Shown here piece after piece: positions 26,928 through 41,518 of a stretch of DNA of 64,000 nt (positions are counted from its first letter, which is position 1; each line of letters opens with the position of its first letter). The position numbers and the translations under genes are program-made. Source of the stretch: Felis catus (lineage: Eukaryota); the NCBI RefSeq assembly GCF_018350175.1, contig NC_058368.1, positions 112,408,001 to 112,472,000 of the forward strand, in the 5' to 3' direction. The notes below the pieces were generated by a model that saw nothing but the letters and a program-made list of their open reading frames with translations, had not been told where the DNA came from and searched no databases.

Positions 26928-28977
26928 AAGAAGCACTTGATTTTCGAATCCGAGTTGAACAGCAGAACTGTTGTGCTGGAGGCAGAGGGCCCAGAAATGG
27001 CTAGGTCATTTCTATTAAACTTCAGCCTAGATTTCCTGTGTATACAGCCCACCCCTCCCCCCGCTGCTGTGAGTGGGAGCCACCCCCAGCCTCTGCTCCT
27101 GTCTCAAAGGGGCCGCGGCAGTGGAAACTCACTCCACAGAGGAATGTTAGAGCCACATCCACAAGAGACTCACTGAAGATTCGCCAGCCGCCTACGGAAA
27201 GTTGCAGGGAATTCATCGACAGTAATTGTTTCCTGCTTGGGCAGATAGAAGAACTTCTGAGGTTGTTCAGCAATAAACAGTACCTAGGGCTGGAGTGTGG
27301 CCAGTGGGGACTCTCCAGGGGTTATTTGGGGACGGCTGTAACCTGTGAATCCCAGGTTGCAAACAGAGGAGCAAGGTGGCTTCGGTTAGAATCCTCTGGA
27401 GGCTGTGGGCATCTGGTCAGATCCAGCTAGGACTAAGGGGACACAGGCTTACCTCCCTGCCAGCCTGTGATTTGCCGCCCCCCGACTTCCCTTGCCCTCT
27501 GCTTCTTATGCCGACTCACGAATATTTAGTGTGCCTCCTTGGCCCGTGAACCTTTGCCTCCTGAGCCACAAGCGGGACAAAGAAGTGACCTCCATATGGT
27601 AGAAGAGAGAGGGCAGAGAAGCAAAAGGTCAGTGTGCCCTCCTACCTAATAACCCGATTCTGACTTTTTGAGAGCTGACCACGTTCCTGCAGCTGATATG
27701 ATGGGGATGGTAGATGTAGCTGTTGCTGCAGTACCCATGGCCTCCTGGCAGCAAGTGATGATTGCTAAGCACGTTTTTAAAGTAACAGAGGAGGTGATAT
27801 ATAAAAATGACACCTGAATCTCTCAGGACACAGAGGTTTTGTGGAAGCTCTCAGTCTCTTCGCTTTGTTTTCCTCCGACTTGCGGTTCAGCCGAGGAACT
27901 TCCTGCCTCAGGTCAGGGAGACCCCCTCCCAATTGTCTCCCGCTACACAGCTAACTCCTTTGCCCCGGGGCTCCTAATGAAGATCCTGCCACTGCGTGGC
28001 CTGACCATGGTTTGGGTCACGACTCTGTACATTGGTTAAACGACACACCAACAACCCCCCCCCCCCAGCTCTGGGAAGGGGGGCTTCTCAGCAGAACCCT
28101 GGGCGTTGCACTGAGCTTTTCCAGCATTCCTGAGAACTCCTCCGAGTGGGTGGTCCCAGCAACAGTATCTTCAGCAAGGTCATTTCCAAGCTCTTGCTTC
28201 ACCCTGACTCAGTGCTGGGCCCCATGTAGAATGTAAAAGCGAGAACAAGGCAGCGCACCTACCCTCAAGGGTCTTTGGGGGGGTAATTGGAGAGAAGAAA
28301 GATATGTACTCTGATCAGTTTTGGATTCTGTTTGGTACCAAGCATCAAACAGGGGCCGTATTTTGGGGTAGATTTGCACAGGAGAGGGTCGCCTGGGACA
28401 CTGGAGGGAGGCTTTCTGGGGACAGTGGACTCAGGCAGGGGCCTAACTAGTGAATGGCTGAGAGTCCATTGGGAGAGTGTCGCCTACCGAGGTCCTCACC
28501 TCAGCCAGCATAGTAGTGTTCAGAGCCAGGCTCCTGGCTTAGGGATGTGGAGCATGTCTGTGTGGAGCTGCCTAGGAGGTGCCGGGCTCAGACTTTGGCC
28601 TCCTCTCATGACAGAGGGGCTGGCTATGTGCACTGGGATGCCCAGTTAGAGCCTGTGGACATTTTGGCTCAGAGGGGGGTTGGGGGTGCAGAGAAGGGCT
28701 GGGGCTTCTCTCAAAGCTGCCTGGCTTCACAAACGTACTACTTAGCTAGATTTCTCAATCTGTAATGTGATCTAAAAATGTTAAGATGCTTTTATTTACA
28801 CGGACCCACTACCATGTCAAAGGATACTTCCATGAAATTATGTCAGTGTGCGAGATACACTTTGACAGGGTTTAATTTGGTAGGAAACTTGCAGGGGAGC
28901 TCGAAATCAAGGGAGACAGTATCTGCCCCCGAGCCACCTCGCAGGTCCCAACACTGACATGACTGTGCCTTCTCCAT

Positions 28978-29067
28978 ATCTAGAACATTCTAATGACCCA
29001 TTCTAAAACATTCCCATGACAATTCTAGAACATTCTAACGACCCATTCTAGAACATTCTTACGACCC
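28978..29067. repeat. Four-copy ~23-bp tandem repeat (ttctagaacattctaa(c/t)gaccca)
   Basis: Units start at 28978, 29001, 29023 and 29046. Confidence 0.9.
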
Positions 29068-29129
29068 TGGAAGGCCCACATGGCGGGAAGGACGTGGTAG
29101 TCGGGTAGAGGTGCCGACCGTCCTGCTGA

Positions 29130-29249
<120 letters not shown>

Positions 29250-29442
29250 TGAGTATCTGTAAGCGCTCGAGACTGCCAGCCACCTCAGAGGGCACACTGC
29301 ACGTAAGCCAGTTGCAGGGCCCCTGGGCCAGGGCCGGCCTTCTGAAAGGTTAGGCTGCCTAAGGAGTCACGCAGATGCATGTGCAAACGTGTCACACAGC
29401 TGTGTCCTGGGGAGGGGCGCTTTTACGAGGCTGGCCAACTTT

Positions 29443-29666
29443 TTTTTTTAATTCTTTTTTTTTAATCTTTATTTTTGAGAGAGAGAGGGAAAATGACAGT
29501 GCAAGCAGGGGAGGAACAGAGAGAGGGGGAAACCCAGAATTCGAAGCAGGCTCCAGGCTCTGAGCTGTCAGCACAGTGCCCGACATGGGACTCGAACCCA
29601 TGAACAGCGAGTTTGTGACCTGAGCTGAAGTCGGATGCTTAGCCGACTGAGCCACGCAGGTGCCCC
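29443..29666 (-). mobile_element. SINEC_Fc (intron 2, antisense)
   Basis: Full SINE body; TSD gaggctggccaacttt. Confidence 0.92.
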
Positions 29667-29984
29667 AGGAGGCTGGCCAACTTTGGTTTGCATTTTTAAG
29701 GCTCCTGACAAGACTTGGATACATTCTTCAGGGCTGCTGTGGGATTATAAGCAGCATAAACCATGGTGTGTGTGTACATGTATGTGTGGGCATGCTTCTC
29801 AATACTCACCAAGTGGTACAGAGTCAGTAGAGATGCCACTGGCCTGTGTCTCTAGGTAAGAGAGCCCACTGGTGAACTTACACAGCACTCCTGCTCTGCA
29901 GTCATAAGGTAAACACCCCCCAAAGACTGGATGCCTAGAAACATGCATGTTATGAGGCAGCAAATGTGTTAAAAACATAGGCTC

Positions 29985-30190
29985 AGGCTCCCTTGCTTCA
30001 GATGCTGGCTGTGCCACTTAGTTGGGCAGGCAGCTTCACCGTTGGAACCCTCAGTTGCCTCATCTGTCAAATGGGAACAACAAAGGATTGCCTTACAGGA
30101 TCATCATGAGGATTGAATGAAGGAATGCATTTAAGGCTGAATAAGGTGCCTTGCATATAGTAAATGCTCAGTAAATGCTACCTGCTGTTA
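29985..30190. mobile_element. MIR
   Basis: cctcagttgcctcatctgtcaaatgggaac...atgaggattgaatga...gtaaatgctcagtaaatg. Confidence 0.7.
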
Positions 30191-33100
30191 TTTGCAGATC
30201 TAGGCCATGCAGACAGTGGTGAGAGTGCCAACGGGGTGTGGACCAGTGTGGTTACAACAGGGCTTTTCAGTGCCTCTGTCAGCATCCAGGGAGGTGGCAT
30301 TCGCCCCAATTGTGCTGCCTGGTGGAAACAGGGTGGCATGCATGTCCTAACAGAATTCCTGGGAGGCTTAATCTGTTTTGGCACCAACAGTCAACCGATC
30401 TCAAAGCTGGCTCTCTGCTACAGACAGGAAGAAGTGCTATGAGAAACCTCCTGGGTCACTTTTGAGGGCCTGACCTTCCTCTTGTCTGCATACTAGGAGG
30501 ATTAAGAGCTTCTAAGCCACTCTCTTGAGCTCTTTCCCATGTTAGGGAATTTTAAATGTATTGCTTGGGACATTGCTTTTGAGTAGACGTCTCCTTCGGC
30601 TTCATAACCTGCGAAGGAAGGGAAAATGCTCTTTCCTGAAAATGTACATAGAAAAGAAATATCCCAGCCTGTGACCCTGACTGATTTAGGCAATTATCAA
30701 TCCTGGTGTGAATCAGGAGAAATTAGGGCTCATGGCAGAGCAGGGGAGAGACCGGCAGCTCCCTGGGAGCTTGCCAAGGGCAGATCCATGACAGCTGGCT
30801 CTCGCTTGACCACACCCAGCCTCAAAGGTAAGGGCTGAGTGAACTAAGAGGACGTACCTTCTGGGTTCAGTTGAGTAAACACCCAGCAGTGTTTGCCGCC
30901 TTGGACAAAAAGAGATTAATGCAAATTCTATACCGTACCTCCTTCCATGGTGTCCTTCCATGGTGTTTGTTACACAAACAACAAAAAAGTCTTTAGTACT
31001 GTTTGATTTTTCCCATGTGTGTGTATTATCTACTCGATGTAACAGTGAATTAATTACTTAATCAAGCATAGAGGTAGGCCGCACATAATTGCTTCTTGGA
31101 AGGTGACCAAAGACCTGTACCAAGCAAATAGCCCTTCGACATCTCGGAACCCTGGGTTTCAAGAGTTGCACACTTTTGTTAGTCCTGGTTTCCCTAAAGA
31201 TGAGACCCACCTGTAATGTCAAGCTGGCCTTGGAGTGGCGTTGGCTGTGGTATTTTGTTCAGCCTTGTGTAGAAGCATTTGCCTGACCAGTTAACCGTAG
31301 CTGGGTAACGTTCCTCAGCAGTTCCTGGCTGATACCCCTGTCAACGATGAGTCATAACCTTGGCTTATTGGCTCTCAGTACCTACACCCTTCTCATCTAT
31401 GTGACAGGACAGGGCATAGGCCGCATAGCTGTGTGTTGGCAAATGTTCTCGATGGCCCATTCTTCCCTCGGGAGAAAAAGTTCTGGCTTTAAGAGGGTGG
31501 TGATGTGGTAGCACAGCAACCTTACGCCAATGAGCAGAGGGGAAGCCTGGGGTAGATAGGGAATGGGCGGCTAGGGTGTGGGGGGGAAAGTGAGGTGTAG
31601 CGTGGGGTCACGCGGCGCCCCATGCCCAGCCCCAGCCGTTGACCCGGTCCTGCAGAGGCAGAAGGGGTTGCGTGCGCATTCAACTCTTCCATGTGGCCTT
31701 TGCTTTGGGCGACTTCAAAAACAGGAAATGAGGATAGGAAACCATGAGTTGATATAAAACTTCATGATCCGGGACAAGAGGGTCCCTTCCTGGAACATCA
31801 CATGCAACATCGGAGGAACTGACCTGGAAGAGGTCCAGAGGCCTCAGGCAGGGAAAGGGGAGGCAGTAGAACGCGTCCCCATTCTCAGAGACTGAGAAGA
31901 AACAGCCTTGTGGTTCACATGTGTACATGGACCGACACCCGAGAGAGAGCTACCATCTGACCCCCAGGAATTCAGTGCCAGAGGTGGCCACAAAGGGAGG
32001 GGCAGAGGGCTGCGTTGGCTAGAGCTGACAAGGGGTCCCTCCAGCCAAAATGGGTCCCTTGGTGCATTTGTTTGGGTGAAGACGAGAGTGGGAAATGGGG
32101 AACATAGTTGTGGTTGGAGCAGAGAGGACCGTCTCAGCATGGGGCCGACTTGGGCAGTGAGAATTTTTAGGGAAGAGGCTGGAGCAGAGGTGTGTGTTGG
32201 GGTGAAAGGAAGCCAAGCGTCTCGGGGAAGGAGGCAGCCCAGGTCACCAAGGGGCCCAAGTCTGGAGGAAGAGTTTAAATTTGAAAGCAGACAAGTGGCA
32301 CTAAACCCAGGGCCTCGGGGTGAAGACTTTGCAGTGTCCAGTCACACAGAGACCCGGGACCCTGAAGCCACTTGTTGGATGCTTGGAGGCCCTGGATTCC
32401 AACTCCATGGAGGAAGGAAGCGGACTGGCCACACACTGTCCTCCAGTCAAAGGACAGGACATTGTCAGACGGAGGTTTTGCTGCATTTCCAAAAAGAGAA
32501 GAACCTGAGTCTTTGGTGCTGTTCGTCTCGCTTGCCATATGGATTTTATTACAGGAAGTGGTTACCAGTGGGCCCCTATTTAGCGACTTGAGTGAATTTT
32601 ATTACTTGGAAATTCACATGAGCTTTTATTTCAGGTCCTAAAGAGCACCAGCACGATACAATAGCTAATCAAGCAAAGAGGGTTTGGGGGGAGACGGCAT
32701 CCCATTCCGTGATTTCAGGCCCCAGTCTGATCAGTCACCGTAAAAACTTTATATGCAGCGGCTTGAGCAATGCTGCAGGAAACGGTGGTCAGGAAACCTC
32801 GCCGCCTCTCAACAGGCCTCCTTTGTGCGAGCCCCAGGAGAGGGAGGCCTGCTTAACGGCCAAGTCGGGTCAGAGTTGACATCACGGGGACGTAGCAGTC
32901 ATCGTTGGAGCGCAGGCATCATAAACGTGGCACAGGCAGGGCCGGCAGGGGAGCCGGCGGTTAAGAGTGGTAGCTGTCCATTCTAAGAGTCTTGAAGTTA
33001 TTTTGTGAGTAACACATCTCACAAGCTCAGCAGCCGGTTCTTCGAAGCCAAGATGAGCTGGCGGGGCACACCCCTTTCTCTGGGAGCAGCGTTGCTTTGC

Positions 33101-33596
33101 CCAGGGGCTGAAGTATGAATACTTCTTCAGCACTGTGTTAAGGCTGCAGCACCCAAGGCAGCGGGGGTATGGCCGAGCCTTTCCGTCAGCGGGCAGAGGC
33201 ATTTCCAGTAGGTCTCACGTTGTCAGGGCACCCAGGGACATCTGCAGGGAAGCTGAACAAGAGCCCTCCTGTTCCTCCCCGTCCTGTATCCCACAGCCTT
33301 GGTCCCATGAGGAAAAAGAAGAGGATGGTCCAGGGACGCCAGGCTGTCCCCAGGCCCACAGCGGCACTTCCTTCCTTGTTTGATGTTCCTTGTGTAGTCA
33401 CCTGGGATAAACCACTTCAAAATAACTGAGATCGGACGTAGACCAAACACTGAGGGTTCACTGGACATGTTGGCCGTACAGGTTTTCCTGAAGGTTCTCT
33501 CCCACTCTGTAAATTCCAAGGAGGCAGGTTAGCTGCCAGGGAATTTTGCTTGGGTGAGAATTTACATGAATCCATGTACCATCTGGGGTAATGTCC

Positions 33597-34054
33597 TGTG
33601 GTAGGTGAATAACACCCCAGTAAAGACGTCCACGTCCTAATCCCTGAACCTGTAACAGTGTTACCTGACCAGGAAAAAGAGAGCCTTTGCCAACATGATT
33701 AAGTGAAGGATCTTGAGGGGGGAAGATTATCCCGGGTTATCTGGTGAGCTCAGTATAATCGTAAGGGTCCTTTTAAGAGGGAGGCAGGAGGGCAGAGTCA
33801 GAGAAGGAGACGGTGCATTTGAAACTGAGGTTCGGGTGATGGGACCACAAGCCAAGAAGTGCACGCAGCTTTTCCAGATGCTGGAAAAGACAGATTCCCC
33901 CCTAGAGCGTCTAAAAGGAATGCAGCCTTTGGTTTTAGCCTCATAAGGCCGCTTTCTGGCTCTAACATCCAGAATTGTAAGACAATAAATGTGTGCTGTT
34001 GTGAGTCACTAAGTGTGGGATTATTTGTTACTGCAACAATGGGTAGCTGATGCA
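33597..34054 (+). mobile_element. MLT1 (MLT1D-like) MaLR solo LTR
   Basis: tgtggtagg...aaagacgtccacgtcctaatccctgaacctgt...gattaagtgaaggatcttgag...gagggaggcagga...ccagaattgtaagacaataaat...atttgttactgcaacaat. Confidence 0.85.
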
Positions 34055-34121
34055 GGCCCCGTCTGTTAAGTGCTATAGATGTGTGATGGGGGATTCGTCT
34101 ATCACGATGTGATTTGATCAG

Positions 34122-34345
34122 TGGCCACCTGGGTGGCTTAGTTGGTTGAGAGCCGGACTCTTGATTTCGGCTCAGGTTCTGATCTCAAGGTTTGTGAAAT
34201 CGAGCCCCACGTCAGGCTCTGTGCTGACAGCTCGGAGCCTGGAGCTTGCTTTGGATTCTGTATCTTCTCTCTTTTTGCCCCTACCCCTGCTTGCAGTGTG
34301 CCTCTCTCTTTCTCAAAAATAAATAAACATTAAAGAAAATTTAAA
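34122..34345 (+). mobile_element. SINEC_Fc (intron 2, sense)
   Basis: cacctgggtggcttagttggttgag...ctcaaaaataaataaacattaaa. Confidence 0.9.
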
Positions 34346-35932
34346 GGTGCTGTCTTCCTCATGAACCAAGCTGGACGCTGGTTGGTGATGGGGCCTCTGA
34401 TGGTGGACAGTAGGTCAAACAAGCCCTTTTCATGGGGGAGCTCACAATTTTGATTTTGTACTGGGGGCTCAAGAAAGCTCAGCTGAGTTTCCAAGCCAGG
34501 AGGACAGGAAAGGAACCACTCCACATGGGCAGTCTGTTGGGGGGGGGGGTGGCGGGGGAGGGACAACTGATGTCTAGACCATACCGGGCTGTGTTTGCTC
34601 TGTGATTCTGCTTGGAAATCATGACACGTTGAGCAGTTTACCTTCTGTCTCGGGCTGCGTTCCTTGCTCCGCCTACTTCCAGAGTCTGCTCAGTCCCTAG
34701 ATGTTCACAGCCGTGAGAGCCGGCCAGAAGTGTGCAGTGCACTTGGAGAGAGTGATTGTTTTAACTTATTATATTAACTGCTCGGAAAATGACTTTGGGG
34801 AGAGAAGTACCAATGCTTCTGTCTATCTGATCATGAGTAACTCTGGAGGGGAATGGCAGAGAGCCTCCCAAGTGTCTCTATTCTTAGACCTTGGACCGAT
34901 GCTGCCTTTGCCTTCCTCCTTTAAATGCCCCTCTAAATTGGGCACCTTTCCTCACCTTCTTCCTCAAATTATTCTTCTGACCAGGGAAGCTGGAAGGAGA
35001 ATATTAGTGTCTCACGGTCCTAGAGGATATTCTTTTTCTGATCTCAGGTCTTTACTTACTGGACTGTGTTAGGTCAAGGAAAAGCCAGGAGCCTCTCTTG
35101 AGAACAGCTTTCGCTGATGAGATTTGATTCAGAGACCAGTAGATGGTCCTCCCTGCCCAGGGAGGCCAAGAAACTAGGGAGACGCAGATGGAGGCCCCCA
35201 CAGTGTCCGTCTTTCCTGTGTCCATCTTGGAGGGACAGCATCAGCTGCACTAGCCTGTGAGGGTCCCCAGCCACATCTTCCCACGTGTGTTCTCCCCGGG
35301 GCCAGAGCCCAAGGAGGACGCACGCTGGGCTGACGACAGACACTGCTCGTCCAGGAGCTCAGTGGGCTGTCTTCTCAGTCTGCAACTTCCAGCTGCCCTC
35401 TGCTTCTCTGGGGCCACACGGACCTGTCCTGGGAAGAGCTGGTATTGTGGGGTAGGGTTGGGAGTAGAGAAGTTGCCAGCCGAGGCAGTGTCTCGGCCCA
35501 GGAGGCTGTCAGGCTGGGGGTGAGGGGCATGGCCCGTGCCTGCGCACCTAGGGAGTGCCAAGGATGCCAGACTGTGGCAGCGGGAGTTGGGGGAGACCAG
35601 CAGGGCGAGAGGATGAGGAGAGAGCTTCTTGGCAGAGCCACACTCAGCTAATCAGGAAAAAGCCTTCGGCTGGCAGACTGAGCTCTGCTGGGGGTGACCC
35701 ACGTCCAGCCGATGTGGGACGCGGCCGCAGAGAGCCCACGTGGCAAGGCACGGTGGGAAGGGTGCTGATGAGGGTAGGCTCTGGCCACATCAGAGAGAGC
35801 CCCTGGGTCCCCTTCGTGTCAGATCGGTCTGCTTTCCCCCAATCTGTATGTTGCCAAAAGCAACGGAGAAGGGATTAGACTCCATAAAATCCCAGGGGAG
35901 TCCTAGGTCTGCTCCTATCCAGCTGTGATCTT

Positions 35933-36149
35933 TTTTTTGTTTTTAACATTTATTTATTTTTGAGAGAGAGAGAGCATACGTGCTAGTGGGGGAGGGGCAG
36001 AGAGAGATGGAAGGAGAGGATCCCAAGCAGGCTCCAGGCTCTCAGCACGGAGCCCAAGGTACGACTTGAATCCACAAACCGTGAGATCATGACCTGAAGT
36101 GGAAACCGAGAGTCAGAAGCGTAACCTACCGAGCCACCCAAGCGCCCCC
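35933..36149 (-). mobile_element. Can-SINE (intron 2, antisense)
   Basis: SINE body; TSD ccagctgtgatctt. Confidence 0.9.
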
Positions 36150-37968
36150 TAGCCAGCTGTGATCTTAAGACACCCTTTTGCCCCTGAACACCCTTGCAGC
36201 TCTCTGGTTCCATCCTAAGTATCCTTCTCCATGCTGACACTTTCCTGCTTAAGTAGGTCTCACCTCCCAGACGCTTAACCCCGCCCGTTTCTCCCCAATG
36301 CAACCCACTCCCCCCACACATGCCCGTGTATACGTGGCCACAGAAACTAGTGAGTGCACACTTGAGTTGCTTTTCTCTGTCCTCCGTGAAATCCTGGTGA
36401 GGCGCCTGAGCTGTGGAGCTCTCTCTTGTTTTTTTGAGATGGAACTCAAAAGGTTCCATCTGGATACCCTGAGAGAATCCATTGGCCAGCACAGCTGGGG
36501 GCTCCCGGGTGTGGAGTGTGCAGCACCCATGTGCACAGGGGCCCCCCAGGATGAGGAGAGCTTTGAGGAGAAGACCCATCCTCCAGCTGTGCTACTCTGA
36601 TTTCATGGAGTGCCACCCAAGCACTTTTGGAAAGAAGCTAAGCTTTGGCGGACCTGACCGTAATCCCACCTCTCCAGCCCCAGCCACAGAGCCCTGGCGT
36701 TTATCAGAGGAGCCCTGGGATCCCGCGTATGGGTGTCCCGTGGACCTATGGGCCCAAGGCTTGGAGCTCTTCCCAGACTTATCTGGGAGAAGCCAGTGGA
36801 CACTCTCCTTCAAAAGACAACTTCTATGCCCCCTACAATACTCCCAGGGACTAGGACCATGAGTGTGAGATTGGAATGAACCTTGGATATCATCTAGTTT
36901 AACCTCACCCCATTTCGTAGATGAGGCAACTGAGACCCCGAGAGAGAAGTGGACTTTCGAGGTCATAAGCCAGGTCTCCTAGCTCTAGTACTGTTTCCAT
37001 GACACCACACTGCCTTTAGAATCAGTGGCATACCTTTGCACATCAGTCAAATCTTACTTTCGTTGCAGAAGATGACTTCAGTTTCCGAAAATAAAATTGT
37101 AGGTTGGTCGACATGAGTCCTGAGACTATTTAGCCCTTACAAGCAGAACTCTTATGGGTTTAGGAATAAGGGGTTAGAAGGGAGCAGGATGAGGGAAAGG
37201 CTGGAGAGGAGGAGGATGGGGTGGGCAGGAGGATGGAGGGAGCCAGGCAAAGAGGAATATGCGTGGCTCGTCACTCCTTAGCCATTTCCCAGAGGACTGA
37301 CTCATTTCTGGCAAAGCGATTCCTGTAGCTCCCTGGCTGCCTGAGAATCCTAGTCGGTCTGTCTCTGAAACACCCCCTGGACGACAGATGAACCTGGCTT
37401 CGTCTTCTCATGACTCACCAGGGCTTCCCTGAGCTGACTCCTGTTGAATTAATAAGAGCAGAATGTCCTGGGCTCATGGAGAGCAGCCTCCCCAACTCCC
37501 AAGCCCGCATTTCTCCCCCGTCTGCCCGCCTGTCTTTGAACGAGGTTATTGAACATCCTATGAGAGCCCTGTGGTGAGCACCTATGTGTCAAAACCCGAG
37601 TTCAAGTCTGAATTGTCTCCTGTCCCGAAGGGACAAGAAAGGAAGGGGCAGGGCATAGCTGCTCACATCTGGTTACAAGGCTGCCAGAGAGGATTGTGTT
37701 CACTGCCAGTGCAGGAGTGGTCTTCGAGAAAACTTGGGGATTTGATCAGAAGCAAGTCTTGCCTAGGTGTAAGCTTTTAGAACACTTACTTCCTTGTGAT
37801 ATTTCTTGGAATTCTCAGTCTTTTTGGTTCCCCAGAACATGCGGTTAGCTGAAGCTGTGTGTTTCAGACCTCCAGAAGACAGCAACTGTCCCATAATATA
37901 CTGGCCAGAATTGGGAGAAGGGAAGTTTTTCTGCCAAATGATTTCAAAGTTTAAAACTGTATACTGCC

Positions 37969-38145
37969 AGGGGCGCCTGGATGGCTCAGTCAATTGAGCA
38001 TCTGACTCTTGATTTTGGCTCACGGTCGTGACACCTGCTGAGCGTGGACCCTGCTTGGAATTCTTTCTCTCTCTTTCTGTCTTTGACCCTCCCCTGCTTG
38101 CTCTCTCTCTATCTTTCTCTATCTCCAAACAACAATAATAACAAC

Positions 38146-38189
<44 letters not shown>

Positions 38190-38194
38190 CCCAC
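37969..38194 (+). mobile_element. Can-SINE with internal deletion and (AAC/AAT)n(CA)n tail
   Basis: ggggcgcctggatggctcagtc head; TSD aaa(c/t)tgt(a/g)tactgccag. Confidence 0.85.
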
Positions 38195-38977
38195 AAATTG
38201 TGTACTGCCAGTCTTGTTTTCATCCAGGTACCAAAGAACCTTGCAAACTGGTGATATCAATGATGTTGTCCTGGAAGGACGATAGGATGAATTGGTTGAG
38301 GGATGAGGGTGAGTGGGGGACACTTTGCTATGTAATCCTTTGTATATTTTCAATTTGAAACCATACAAATATGTTTATTGATTAAAATTTTGTTTTTATT
38401 TTAAAGAAATGAAAAAAAGAGCTTTGTTTTTACTTTAAAAGTGTTAGAGTTTGATTGTAAAGACAGAAAAACTTGATGATCATCTATACACTGTCCTTCT
38501 GGGTCCTCGAATTGGACAGCAAATGACTGTGAGAGACTGAATCCCATGACTGTTGGAAGATACACACGTACATTTTACAGATAAGGAAACGGAGTCAGGA
38601 GATGGGACTGGCAAGGGAGGTCCCAGTCGGTTAGTGGCAGACTCAGCCAGGACACGTTCGGGGCTCCTCTTCCTCCTCCCTGCTGTCCCAAGAATGCTGA
38701 CGAGGGGGTTTGCCGTGAGTTATGCTGGAGATAAGTTCCTAGTGGGGCTCTTTTCTAATCCTGCTATTGAAAAGGCCACCACAGTCCCCTCTGGATTGCT
38801 GGAGGGATGGTGACCATTAGGAACGTTCTACAAAGCTGAGGAAGAGTGACAAAGTCTTTGTTCCAAAAGGCACAAATGGGACTGAGAATGAATGATCTCC
38901 TCCAAGACGGTACAGTGTTGTACCATCGTTTCCCTTCCTCTGCCTGTGGACGCCCTTCCTGGAGTGAGGACTGATGA

Positions 38978-39100
<123 letters not shown>

Positions 39101-40347
39101 TAAGCCAGGCCTGGCCCGTTGGTACAGATGGAGGGAGATGGGGAGGGAGGAACACCCATGTGAGAGGCAGCAGTGTCCACGGCGGAGGGGAGGGTGGCGC
39201 GGGTCTGACACACAAGGCTGCACGGACATGCCCCCCACGTGCTCTCTGGTTCTGGGCTCCGTGCGAGGGCCAGAGCATGGAAGCTGGGAACACGGAGCTT
39301 CCCGCCCTGCTCCTTCCTATGCAGGCTGACCTCCTCACGGGGCTAGCGGAACAGACTCCAATTCCAGCCTGCCTGTGCTGGCCTCCCAGCCATGGGCTGC
39401 TGGCCTTGTTGTCTCTGGCTAGGAGTGATTTCTGATCAGCTCTGCCAGAGAGCCAGGCTGGAGCACGAAGCCACCCCTCCTCCCTCTGTCAGAACTTGGC
39501 TCATCACAGTCCAACAAGAAGAGCGGTAGACCAGGCAGGATCACCCAGAAATGGCATAGGGAACCACCAATGGCCAAAGACTGTGTGGCCCCTGTCTTTT
39601 ATCAGCTATCAGGCATATCCCCAGGGGCTGTGCAGAGTGGGAGTTTTAACTATGAAATACTTGCTGTTGATTCGTTGAGCATGTGAGACGGAGTTAAAAG
39701 GAAGGGGCACTTTGGTTGGTACCAAGGTCTCGAGGTCATGGTTGGCATGGCGGGAGGCTCAGGTGGAAGGCAAGTGGGAAATAGGCAGTGGAGAAAGGAG
39801 AATGGCCTCCGAGAGGAGCTCAGCCTCTGAGCCTTCCCTCGCGCCCTTTGAAATGGACGGTGAGCTCACTGTGGGAGGGGAAGGCCCCTTGTGGGACATA
39901 ACATTTTATTGCTTGTAAGTATACAAAGAACCTGGAAGGTCTGTAATGCTCTTTCATTCTAGTAGAGGCCATTAGGAACCCGGTTGGGACAACTAGATGA
40001 ATCAGAAGGCCTGGTGTGTAAATAAGGATATCTATTTCCGACGTCCATTCCTGCCGGTACTCTCTAAATGTCTGGGAACAGAAGCTTCATCTTGCGTATG
40101 GCTAAAAGATGAAAAATTACCAATTAGTTGAGTCCGAGTAGGGAGGCGTTTGACCTACGGAGCCGCTGTAAGAAGCGTGTGACACACGTGACGACCTTGA
40201 GGCACATTGAGACACAGTGGACGTGTCTGGGCTTTCCCACACACTTGTCCCGCAGCTGTACCCACGCTCTCTGCAGCCCAGGGAGGGGGGCCGTCTGCCT
40301 GGGGTGGGCCCCACAGCCTGTGCCTCCTCTGTCCTCTGCCCCCACAG

Positions 40348-40508
40348 CCCTACCTCTCTCAAACCTTTACGAGACCCTGGGAGTCGTCGGCTCGACCACC
40401 ACCCAGCTGTACACAGACCGCACAGAGAAGCTGAGGCCCGAGATGGAAGGGCCAGGCAGCTTCACCATCTTCGCCCCCAGCAACGAGGCCTGGGCTTCCT
40501 TGCCAGCT
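40348..40508 (+). CDS. TGFBI: TGFBI exon 4 (FAS1-1, contains R124)
   Basis: ccacag|...[53 protein letters not shown]|gtgaga; 161 nt. Confidence 0.97.
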
Positions 40509-40844
40509 GTGAGATGCCTGCCTTACTTCCCAGAGGGGGGTGCTTGTGGGCATGAAGGATGAGGCTCTTTAGTGCTTTCCCACTGTTTCAGGAAACGTCT
40601 TCCTTGAGCCCTCAGAGAAAGCCAGGGAACCCGAGTTAGAATACACCTCACCAGGTTGCCTCCAGTGCCCCATCTGTCCAACTGAGCTCAGCAGACTGAC
40701 TTTGGTGCTCACGGAGGAGAGGTCCTTGGCAGAATGGAGGCGTGGGGCCATTGGGGTTTCAGAAGCGCCTTTCCCAGGGTAACAAGAACCTCCCCCCTTG
40801 AACATGTGGTCTGCAGCTAAGTGCAACTCCGGCCTTCCTTCTAG

Positions 40845-41518
<674 letters not shown>

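Noticed and set aside
28978..29067. Repeat considered as a CRISPR-like or prokaryotic array
   Set aside because: No unique spacers, and the context is a mammalian intron; it is a simple minisatellite
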